This document shows, in pieces, positions 44,797 to 55,528 of a DNA stretch of 64,000 bases; position 1 is the first letter of the stretch; each line of letters opens with the position of its first letter. The notes under the pieces are model-generated. The model was not told the origin of the DNA, did no database searches, and worked only from the letters and a program-made list of their open reading frames with translations. The DNA comes from Botryllus schlosseri. Lineage: Eukaryota. Location: the NCBI GenBank assembly GCA_051294905.1, contig CM119381.1:24986001-25050000 (forward strand), written 5' to 3'. The position numbers were made by a program, and so were the translations under genes.

Positions 44797-46301
44797 CTAC
44801 TAAAGTCGTCTATCGTTCCACTATCTGAGTGCAGTAAAAGGAAAAGTCTAGAGTACTTCGGAATGAATATCAACGTCTTGTCATATATATTTATACTATC
44901 TTTAAAACGTTTATCAAATGCATTTAGTCTGCACTGGAAGGAGGTTAGAGAAACCCTCACGAGCACAAATTTGTGGAAGTGGATATTGAAAGTTGTGTAT
45001 ATTAACTACAAAGGACGATTGTGTATGAATCAGGTGGTGTTCTCGAGCGCGTTTCTTTTGTTGTATAGTATATGTACCTTCTTCAAACCCCGTTTGTCTT
45101 GTCGGGACAAGAAAGGATACTAATGAGGCGGCAACAAATAAACACTTAATGTGTAGATCTGATGATAATGCGTAAGTGGGTATTGAAGCTGTGTCAAATC
45201 GAGTTCGATTTACGTTATTTCCATGACGGCGCTGAATTGAACTGAGAGTAAATTCGATTTTAGCCCATAGTTGTACACATGCGGATTTAGACACGACTTA
45301 TTATTGGAATGATCTCTGACGATTTAACCGCGGGAATTATGCTAGAAGGCCAAAGCAGTTGCTTCCTGCTCTGTGGTCAACAAACAAGCGCAGAGAAGGA
45401 ACTGGCGATTGCTCCTTGCCAAGCAAATGCATCATTTTCTTCACTCGTAATAGTTATATAACACTTGCCTTAAGAGAGTTCTTTGTAAACCTGACTTATG
45501 AAACAAAATTCTTACACCTGGCACTCTGGAAAAAGGGTAATCACCTATGTCCGATAATTACTCGCATATAGTCCGCCGTCAGATAATTCTTGATTCTGCA
45601 TCGAGTATTAATTATAATGATTCGAGTCGAGTCGACAGAGACGCCATTTTGTCGGGCACTGAAACTATACGCTCTTCACATGCATCATCAACGACAATTC
45701 TTGTTTCGATGCTTTCTTCCGACCCTAAGCGCCTTGAAACCGTATTTAGTTATATCTAGGTCTGCGCAAAATCGAGTATTTGAGTGATTTGATTCAGAAC
45801 CGAGTATGACGTCATAACAGTACGACAGATCTGGAAAGTTCAGATATGCATATTTTATGCTGCCACAAAGAATATAATGCCAGCTCGACACCACATAAAG
45901 GTAATTCAGTATTGTTTCCACAAAGCCTATTTCATTGCACTTGGTGGCAATGCTGAGAGTCAGAGTTGTTAAACAGCTTTTGAGTAAAAGAGCCAAACAG
46001 TGTCGAAAAAAGGCCTAAACTGTGTTAAAAAGAGCCAAATTGTTCAATAACGTTGTTAGTAATACATAATAATGTTAACGACGTCAATAAAGTTGCGACG
46101 TTACCCATAGACCGTTTGTCAATCACCGGGAATTCCAGATTTTTATTGTTGATACTGTTGTAGGACGCCGAATCCAACTACAATAACTGCTATTATTTCA
46201 AGCCTTTTTCAACTGAATATTGAATCGTAAAATAAAACTTTGTGTTATAATATGAGTCTGTATTTATAATTCCTACACAGTCTACATTCTACACCGTAGT
46301 G

Positions 46302-46445
46302 GAAACACTGTACAAGATGAAGATTTGGAATTGTTCTTGCAGATTCTACAAGAACAATTCCAAATCTTCATCTTCTACAGCAGTGGTTCTCCACCTTTTT
46401 GTCTTCGCGGACCCCCGGTTGAGAACCACTGTTCTACAGTGTTTC
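46302..46445. repeat. Short palindrome (about 38-bp arms) with a 51-bp MITE inserted in the right arm
   Basis: gaaacactgtacaagatgaagatttggaattgttcttg / caagaacaattccaaatcttcatcttctacag[insert]tgtttc. Confidence 0.9.
46381..46431. mobile_element. 51-bp minimal hAT-type MITE
   Basis: TIRs cagtggttctccacc/ggttgagaaccactg (14/15); perfect TSD TTCTACAG. Confidence 0.9.
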
Positions 46446-47086
46446 GACTCGAATCTTTGGCACTGGCCTAAACATTCTCAGCTGTGTAAGTTAGTAGCTT
46501 TTTTGGTGATGCTTGAAAGTTCTTGCAACACTTGTTTGAAAGCATAAGATTTGCTCTTATCCTGACAGTGGCATCCAGAAGTTGTCTTGGCTGCATGCGT
46601 TTTCTTGCTTTCATTTTGTCCAAGTACCAAGGGGGAAACATTCTCTCCACAAGCATTGGCCCATAGCGAAGGTGAAATTCTGCGACAACACTGTCTAAAT
46701 AATCGTAATAACACTTTTCAGTCTCAATTTTCGAAAGACATTTATTTAGATAGCTATATAGTATGATAATATCTGAAAAGAGCCAACTATTGAAAAAAAG
46801 AGACGAGGGGCCGAACTAACTTTTTTGGAGCCAACTGCCTACAAAAAGCCTACATGCCTACATGTCTACGTGTCTACGTGTTTCGTATGCTGCGATAAGG
46901 CTATAATCGCGGTTTACAGCCTACCACAGTGGAAAATAGTATCGAAACTATAATTCCTGTTGATAATTTATTTTTAAGGTGAAAGGATTGTACAATTTCA
47001 GTACTCATCCCTCGCTACTTGACACGAATCATTAGAACCAATACTCGTTTCAGATTCGAGTACAGTGTTCGAATTATTGTGCTCAG

Positions 47087-47227
47087 CCCGAATGATGAGC
47101 CGAAGTCGATGCATGCCTAAAATGTTGTTCCATCAACGAACAACGGAGACGGTGCTCTCTATTCGTGCTAAACCCTATCCTCATCATGAAAGTGTGACAG
47201 ATATGCCCAGTATTCAATTACAACGAG
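47087..47227 (+). CDS. Tentative gene C exon (RMMSRSRCMPK...SVTDMPSIQLQR)
   Basis: Open frame ending CGA G|gtatga (phase 1); acceptor tgtgctcag or an internal ATG. Confidence 0.4.
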
Positions 47228-50200
47228 GTATGAGGTTTGAGGTATCAAGCTACTTTCGTCGCTAAGCCTTTGCGGATTAAATATGTATGAGATATACACG
47301 CATGATCGGAGATTGTTTGACAACCTCGATCCATTCTCAAGTACTAGAATTTATAATAACAAGCGCGCGTTTCAAACATTACCGTCACTTCTCCATCATT
47401 GGTTAGCCTGATATCGATCAGGCCTACGCGATACCTAGTTATTTAAGCTGACTGCAGCCGTTCCAACGTGGGTTAGCGTTAGTGAGTGTAGGTGGACACT
47501 AGACAGTCATGTCATGTTAAGAGGAGTCGGGTTTGTGTTTAAATTGAAAATGAATCTAAAACACAGCTGTTCAAAAACGAATTCCTTGTGTTTATTGATT
47601 TATGTGTTTGTTATCCATGATCACCTGCAGATGAAAATAACATTCTCAAGTACAATATTCCAGTTGTCTGGATACCTGTACGTACACAACATATAGAATG
47701 CTTTCAAGGTGCAATCAGTGGTAAAGAAACAATTGTTATTGTTATCGGCCACCTAACTACCGGTTCCGTTCAACCTTATTTCCATTTATTATCTGTACTT
47801 TTAAGTCATGAAAGGGGACGGACTTCATTGAACTATTTATTATTATATCAGATATTCTTACTCGGTTCTTTATTTGAACAATTCATTACTTACGATTGTG
47901 CCGTAGTATTCACTGACATTACCTGTTAATCAAAAACAGACTTGCCGATATCGCACTCTTACAGATGAGTAGCAGCAATATTAAATACTAACGGTGAATG
48001 TCGTGACATCGCAGATAAAGACACATATCAGAGACTAGATATTCCTTGATATGTAGTGGCATTTGACGATTCCCTAGTATGGACTCTTCGCATGTAGCTT
48101 TCGTGGTGATTTTGATAACGGCTGCGCTGATATTCATTTTGATTGTTGCAGATGATTTATGTACCTAATGATATCTAGAAGCAAGGAAGATTTGGATGCC
48201 TTCACACGTTTTTTCTAAGATGGGAGGCATTTTCTCTGGTTAGTTTCAACTGTTATATCATCACTTCGAGCCCGCGTCATTTCTCCAGAATTAGGACAGA
48301 CGCGGGTTACTGCACCGACATATTCCCCCGGATTGGGATCCATATTAGCGTTTTATTTCACTGCATTAGCTTAGATTTCAGTACCGAATTTCACATTGTT
48401 AATTCATTGTTTTTGCCATAAAACTGTGCTACCTCTCGCTATCTCATGCCTCAGATATATTTGTTCGGTAACAGCCTGCTACGGAACTACTGATTTGACT
48501 CGAAACGAACCAAAAGTTGAATACATTCCAGCATCGAGAATGAGAATAAGCACAAGCAGATTCAGTGGGCTTGGTAAGCATTCTGAGGTGGTAAAATTTT
48601 ATAATAATAATCATTAGGGATCGTGCGAGCCCATGAAACGTTCTGGTTCTTGACAATACGGTCTTTACTGTAAATTTCGCTGCGAATAAAAACCTTTGAC
48701 GTCACAATACTAATTTCAGAGAGTACATCTCCGTAAGGTTACAAATGCGTACCGGTAGGCTTACGTTACTTAGGAGATAAAGTAGTTCTGCAAAACACGA
48801 TAACATCAAATAGTCGTTGTGGCATTCGAAAATATGATGGTGTCACAATGAATTCGTCCAAAATCTGGGTAGTGATTTTGAGCTTCGTAAACTCCCTCTG
48901 ACTACATTTATGTGTGTACCATTGTACCAGTGAAGTCCGGTGAGGTTCATAGCTGGTGAGGCACTGATCCCTGATCCCCCCCACACACACCCACGGAAAG
49001 TAACTGATAAATATACACGACTATGTTAATAACACCAGCTGGAGGTAGCAGGTAGGCGAGAGCGTTTTCTCTGCACCCAGTTAGCAGTTGCAATTCTACA
49101 ATACAGATTTAATTTTTTTCCTCTAGTAAAATATTCAGTTATTTAATGCAGATTGCTCAACGACAAAGACGAAAGATAAAACGAAAAATTATAATGTTTA
49201 GGGTCCTAATTTCGGTTTTATATTCTCTGTTGTCCTTTGCTCGTCCGGTCTCATTTTTACGAGATTGAATTCGACACTGTATCAGCAAAACTATTAAATA
49301 GTATATGTCATTTACTAACATCAAACTTAAATGGTTGAAACTATCATTCACACTGTGGAAAATGAGAGTTCAATTCATGATCGCGGATGCAGATTTCCTT
49401 AGAATATGATTCGCAAATATATAAAACCTACAAGGCTAGCTGATAGAGTTAGCTTCCTGTTTCTTATCACATTAACTATCTTCACACGCAGGCTATCTAG
49501 GCTGTTCCTAGGCACCTGATCCGCTTAAGCGGTGTCATACAAAAGTGTAGAAGTGGGCCGTGCTACAAGTCGGCAGATATGCAATCATAATGTAGGATAT
49601 CGGCCAGTGTAAATGACCACTGCAGTCGAAAAACATCATAAATGCCACAAGCAACAACGATGCAGGCTGTGTAAGTAGCAATTCGGCCTACATGCCACAA
49701 TTTAAGATAGATGCATGGAGGGAAAAGACATTACAGCTATCCATCAGCAAGGGGATGTATTTGCGCCGCATTACGAATTGGCCGTCGCAACTCCACGATT
49801 TATACAACACTGTCGGTTTCCGAAAGCGATAGTGCGTTGCACTGTGCTGCGATTATATCCAATTGTTAGCGAATAGGGAGTGACGCAGATTCGATTGTGC
49901 CTCACCTGGCTATTGTTTCTCTGCGCTGTCATTGTACTTAATAAAGTAGAATTTCACATTCCTTGGCGAATTTGAGGGGTTCTGGTGCTCTGGAAATGTT
50001 AATATTTTCGAAATCCCTTCGATTTTCGGAATCAGTGAGTCAATCGCATTTGATTGATACCAGTTATTATAAATTCTGAGCTGTTTATGATGAATTACAT
50101 TGTCGCAGGTGAGGCACGACCCACACGTGCGTCACCTGTGCCTCGCCTCTCCTTTCGCGCTGAAAATTGGCGATGTTGGGTGAAAAAATGTTAAAATTTA

Positions 50201-53200
50201 GTTATTCATGAACATCGACGGAAAATATCATAATCACTGAAGGTTTTCACAATTTTGTTATACTTGTCCTGACGACAGGCGAGGCACTGCCTCTCTTGCC
50301 TTCCCTGACCGCACGTCACTGCATTGTACGTACACGTACATATGTACGTTAGACCAGCAAAGTAAGTCTGGTCGAGATAGGTAGGATAAACTCAATGCTT
50401 AGGGCTATAGCTTTTAAGTGCTAGAGTTACCAAATCCACTCACAGTGCCCACTGCCCATATATATGTCGACTGTCGTCATTCTAGGAGTTGATTCCCATC
50501 TTTTCACACTATATGACTAGACTAGAGGTCATATTGCGGGTTTGTTGCATTCGTCGAAATATTCTCCTGCATACCATGTTTTCTTAGACAATCCACTTTC
50601 TGATCAAATAGTCGACGAGGAAGATATGACATTGAATTTACCACAAGAGGAGCTGCTTTCGCTCCTGCACGCCGCGGACGAAGCCGTCGAGGACGTCCAG
50701 GATATTCTGCCAGAAGACATGAACGAAATTGACTTGGGGGATTCGATACCTTCCGATAATGACATGCTGGTTATTTGCTCCGTTATGAAACGATACATCC
50801 AGCTCGAAGCAATCTCAGTCAGCACGATTAACCCGCGACAGCTCGAACGGATTATACCGTGGGCAGACCATGAACATATAAAGGTAGGGATACACTCTAA
50901 GTATGCGAATATGGCAGTTGTTTGATACGTTGCGTTAGGTCAGAGAAACACTGACTTCTGGTGTTTGCACTCGAAACTTCACATACCCCGCTCTTCGACT
51001 CTCATGGGGCTGTATAGCAATTTGTACCGCGGGTCGTCGAAATCGATTACTATTCGGTATTAGGTCTTGTGCCTTTATGAGCTCTTGTTATCGATTTGCT
51101 GTCCAGCAAAATGAATTTTCATAACGCTAAAAGCCTACGAAAGTGCTTACGAATGGGTATGATATTACGTCATGGAATGTGTTGTATATAGGCTAGTCGA
51201 TAACAAAGTGCACTCGCATTGAAAGATATTTTGGCCGAAGCATTAAGAAGGTGGTATGTACTTGGAACACTTGCCAATGACATAATTATTATTCCATTAT
51301 TACCATGCCTCTATCAATATTGATGTGTCCACATATCCTAAATGAACCACTGCTTGAACTAGATTTTGTTGTTCATATATGGTAAATTTTCTGAAGAGTG
51401 GGCATAAATATTCAAATTACCCCTTTCAAACAATCGCACACCACGGGAATTGCATATCTCAGTGCAATGTTTTCTCTGTTGAACGAGCATTAGTTGATCT
51501 TTGTTAATTGCAGATAACAATACGAAATTTGAGCATCACTCCAACGGAAGTGGAGTTTCAGAAACTTCTACGAATTTACACAAATTACGAGAGATACCTC
51601 AACACTCTTTTAGAAGATTCTTCAATTTCAATATCCCTCTTAAACATGGACTTGACAGTTAGTAGATTCGGACAAGACATTGTGCCGTGGATAACTCAGA
51701 ACTGCCAAAACTTGGACCACTTCTCTCTCATGATGCCGTCTACATACCTCATTGATTTCGCGGTTATAGTTTCTAATTCCTTAGTCAAGGTGGGTAATCA
51801 TTTTCATATGACTACTCTTTCGCGAAAATCGTTTCCACGCCACATCTATCAGTGTCGTGAGGTCAGGGGAGGCAAGTGGGGCAGTGCCCGAATGAGTAAA
51901 AGAAAATTGTGACACCTTGTATGATTATAACATCAATGATTATGTGTATCTTTCATCGATGCTCATGAATGACTAATTCTGAAATATTTAATTAGTTAAT
52001 GTGGTGCTATTAAATGCTTGATTGAGCCAGGCGATGGGTTCCTGTTATTGTTTTGTAGTACGCTCACGACATGTGGACTGTTGAGTGAACACTTCGAATT
52101 CGACGTATAATGGTACCTGTGTAGTAGTTGGTCTTGCAGCTAGCAGCTCGCCGATAATGCTGCAGTTACCTATTTATCGTTAAAAAATATAGCACGGAAG
52201 AAGACGTGATGCAAAGACAGGCCAAGCCTCACCTGTGATAGCGCAAGTCATCAGAAACAGATCAGAATTGTAATAGCTGGTATTGCCGCACTGATTCTGA
52301 AAATCTAAATATTAATAACGGAGCAAGCGCGGAACGCCCTCAAAATTGCCAAGGAATATAACGCGCGTTATCGAATTGTGCAGTTGCGATGACCAACATG
52401 TAGTGCAGAGCAAATACATTGTCATTCTGATATATATTTTATGCATTTTCCATCCATACCTATACCTTCGATTGGGGATATGTATAGTTACTTCTTGCGT
52501 AGCCTGCACGCGAAGAGTGTTATTGTGATAAGAAACAAAACAAATCGCAAACTGAATTAGCTACCATGTTTGGGTCAGTGCCTCACCAACCATGAACCTC
52601 ACCGTCACCACACGTAACCAATGTGTATGAGGTATAGCAGTCTGATACATCATCTTATTGTGATCGATTCAAATTGATCAATACTACATTTAATCCTCTA
52701 ATAGCCACCCACCCCAATTTTACAGTATTTAACTGTGTTGCAAGAACTAGATCCGCGACACAAAATCCCATTATTTTGGTTTGTCATCCGATATCCCTTG
52801 TACAAGAAGATAAACGCACTAAGAATATGCATGCAGTGTTATGTCAACTTGACCAGGAATAAGATTTTTCATAGAGAAATCTTTTAATGCACAGAATTGT
52901 CAAATAAAAATTGGCATGACTAAAGGCCTTTACACGGGAAACTACAAGTGGACTGCTTTCATTTTTTCAGATCAAAAGACTTACACTGTTCGAACAGGTG
53001 TGTAGAAAATGTTGGATGTAATACGCGACAAAGATACATGGTGATTGATAATGTTAGTTTACGATGATATACTCAATTCGCGATGGTTCATTTACCATTG
53101 GTTTCATCCATGAGTGTTATACACCATAATGCATCATGTTTTGGCAAAGATTTAGGACAATCTGCGGCTATTTGTCTGCTCGTCCGCTCAGACTTCCGGA

Positions 53201-55528
53201 AATGTGTAGTAATTGTGAATTCAACCTACAGCAATGCAAGCTTCTTATATTAAGATTTTATTAACGTGATAATGTTATATGTTTTACAGATAAAGTTTTG
53301 TCGAGAGGTAAGTTTTGATTATACCTTGTAACAAAATAATGCAAAATTTTTAGTCGAGTAAAATTTTTTATGTATTGTGTTTTGCTATTCCAAACTAATC
53401 ACTAAACTACAAAAATGTTTTCTGCAGTGTCGACTGTCCATAGTCTTCGAGAAATGTCACTATTTCTGATTTCTCGTTTTACCTTAAATTTATCTGTAAT
53501 AATCCGCATAATTCGTTATTCGACGTAAAAAAGACACTCACAAAAAGAAGTCATATGCGCAAATATTAGGCCATTAGCTATACTTTTTGTCACGTAACCA
53601 AGCGATTGTGCTTGTGTCTTGGATATTTTCGATTACCCCCATTAAACTAGCGTATAAGGTCGAGAATTACGGAGAACTTTTCGTTCCACGGTATCCAAAG
53701 CAATTTGTATTCGCTAATTTACGGGATTCAATCCCGCACCCCGATGTTAACATAGAAAAACACAACCTATTTCATATAATATCTATGAATTGGAGCATTT
53801 GGCCCATTTTCTTCTGTACGAATGCGTGTGAAATCGAAATTATATACCAGACATTCCTTACGTAATCCGACTCCGATGTTATGGCGGAATCACTGAAATA
53901 CACGGTCCACGGTGCAAACTGCACACCCACGTTTGCGGTGGTAACTCCACGTATGTGATTCGCTATTGTGTCTCCTATTGCGTGAGCGAGCGTAAATGAG
54001 GAGTGCATCGTTTTCCATTGTCGCGACTCATATACCCAGCATTTACGTAGCGGATGATCTAACTTCATGTAGAAATGATACGATTGTATCTGTTTATCTA
54101 CTAGTTTTTCGTGAGGAAACTTGATTCACTTCTATCTCTCTCTCTGTCTCTCAGGAACTGCATGTGTCTGGAGCGCAGGCAATTTGTGGTCTCATACCGA
54201 ATGTAACGGAGAAATTATTTCTTGATTTTAAAGTCGAAGACCCATTTCTACTTGGGATTATTCAAAGTAAACTCAATTCCCTTCCGCAGACGGTAAGAAC
54301 ACGTGATTTGCATTATAATGAGACCTATTTACTTACGTGTTATGTCGGTCTAATTAGTCTATGATTTCCAACCGCGGCTCTCAAATCCGCATACAGCGCC
54401 AAGCTAGCCTTCTTGCGGCTCTGATTGACCTCTGAATATGCCACAAAAATATAATACACAGTTGTTGTTTGCTTCTACGAATAGTTATAGTGAATTTAGG
54501 TATATGAATGCTAAAATAGGAGATCTTAGTTAGGCCTATGTCTGAAGCCGCCCATGGCCACTTCTGAAAACGGGAAAAGAGACTTCCTGCAGAATAGGGT
54601 CAAACGCATGGATGACTACCCGCCAGACAATGATAAATAGTGAGTTCTGCTGGTCATAGACATTTATAGATCGTCTCTGTGAAGAACAAATTTCAACACA
54701 ATTTCACTGACTTCAAAGTAACGGCTCATAGTCAAGTATAAATTGCAATATTACCAACATTACACATTGTATAACCCCCCCAGAAAAAACAACAACAACA
54801 ACAACAACAGCAACTTGTGCATTAAGTGTTGGAGTGTATGAAGAGCTTTCACTATAATATAACCACATAAATAGTATGCTTCAGTAATGGTATGCACTTT
54901 CAGTTTATTTCAATGTACATGTATAGCACTCGCCAATCGGCCTATATCAATGCCAATCTATAGAAGTCTATGTTCATGCTTTTGGATTAGCTGGTGAGAT
55001 CCAGAGGTAGGCTAGCTACCTTTAAACACAATCTGGTAATTCATGGAAAAACGAAATCTTGTTGTTTTTATAAGTAGCGAAATTCTTTTTTGCATTAAAA
55101 TACTGCTACGATGCGATTTGACAGTTCGACTTCATAAAATCCTCCTGATTAGCCTATGTGGCGTGTAAACGACTAAAATTGTTTCGGCCATGTGTGCTGT
55201 GGATTGCGGATTCTTCGTAAAGTAGTCCTAGCAACACCCCTATGATAATCCCGCATTTGCGGTATACCTATTTAGTATATCGTTTATTCTCTATCACATT
55301 ATACATTGTCTTTGACGAATGAAAATAAGATAATTGCTGATTATCATTATTGTTGACATGATAACAAAAGAACGATCTATATTTCCATCACAGAATCTTG
55401 AAATTCAATTCGACCAAATCCCAGGACTTTATCGACTACGCTGGCGGAAACAAATGATCTGCCCCGCGCCTAGAGGTTCCACAAGAAAAATCGACGGATT
55501 CTCATCTCCGTCATCATCGACCCGCTGA
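47087..55528 (+). CDS. Gene C: unknown protein, acidic segment plus degenerate LRR-like repeats (possibly NLR-like C-terminus, no NACHT seen)
   Basis: Exons 47087-47227 (tentative), 47631-47720, 48179-48238, 50588-50883, 51514-51789, 52971-52997, 53290-53307, 54155-54292, 55394-55528 have AG/GT ends and chain in frame (phases 1,1,1,1,0,0,0,0,0). Repeated IIPW/IVPW and LxxLxL-like segments. The family call is inference. Confidence 0.7.
47631..47720 (+). CDS. Gene C exon (DENNILKYNIPVVWIPVRTQHIECFQGAIS)
   Basis: cacctgcag| ... G|gtaaag; 90 nt, phase 1-1, open. Confidence 0.65.
48152..48238 (+). CDS. Gene C duplicated exon; two in-frame stops from the upstream acceptor, open from the 48179 acceptor (EARKIWMPSHVFSKMGGIFS)
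   Basis: gattgttgcag|AT GAT TTA TGT ACC TAA TGA ... TCT G|gttagt; resembles 47631-47720. Confidence 0.45.
48928..50321. mobile_element. CAGTGACGTGCGG-type element (GAGGCA repeats) carrying a SINE fragment at about 49505-49660
   Basis: Ends cagtgaagtccggtgagg/gaccgcacgtcactg; perfect TSD CATTGTAC. Confidence 0.85.
50588..50883 (+). CDS. Gene C exon (DNPLSDQIVDEEDMTLNLPQEELL...QLERIIPWADHEHIK)
   Basis: gttttcttag| ... AAG|gtaggg; 98 open codons, protein-like acidic composition. Confidence 0.85.
51514..51789 (+). CDS. Gene C exon (ITIRNLSITPTEVEFQKLL...IVPWITQNCQNLDHFSL...NSLVK)
   Basis: ttaattgcag| ... AAG|gtgggt; 92 codons, phase 0-0. Confidence 0.85.
51850..52620. mobile_element. Same family as 48928-50321, opposite orientation, degenerate
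   Basis: cagtgtcgtgaggtcagggg... / ...gcctcaccaaccatgaacctcacc; TSD not preserved. Confidence 0.65.
52971..52997 (+). CDS. Candidate 27-nt microexon of gene C (IKRLTLFEQ)
   Basis: ctttcattttttcag| ... CAG|gtgtgt; phase 0-0. Confidence 0.5.
53290..53307 (+). CDS. Candidate 18-nt microexon of gene C (IKFCRE)
   Basis: atgttttacag| ... GAG|gtaagt (consensus donor); phase 0-0. Confidence 0.5.
54155..54292 (+). CDS. Gene C exon (ELHVSGAQAICGLIPNVTEKLFLDFKVEDPFLLGIIQSKLNSLPQT)
   Basis: (ct)n-tcag| ... ACG|gtaaga; phase 0-0. Confidence 0.85.
54788..54814 (+). repeat. (CAA)n microsatellite
   Basis: aacaacaacaacaacaacaacagcaac. Confidence 0.85.
55394..55528 (+). CDS. Probable terminal coding exon of gene C (NLEIQFDQIPGLYRLRW...STR*)
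   Basis: atttccatcacag| phase 0, stop TGA at 55526-55528; GC-rich, and other frames are also open downstream. Confidence 0.65.
   Translation, partial: NLEIQFDQIPGLYRLRWRKQMICPAPRGSTRKIDGFSSPSSSTR

Noticed and set aside
46299-46547. Plus-strand exon-like frame (GNTVQDEDLELFLQILQEQFQ...)
   Set aside because: Explained by the palindrome plus MITE; the insertion shifts the frame.
53587-54068. ORFs on both strands between gene C exons
   Set aside because: No in-phase splice sites or motifs; treated as intronic.
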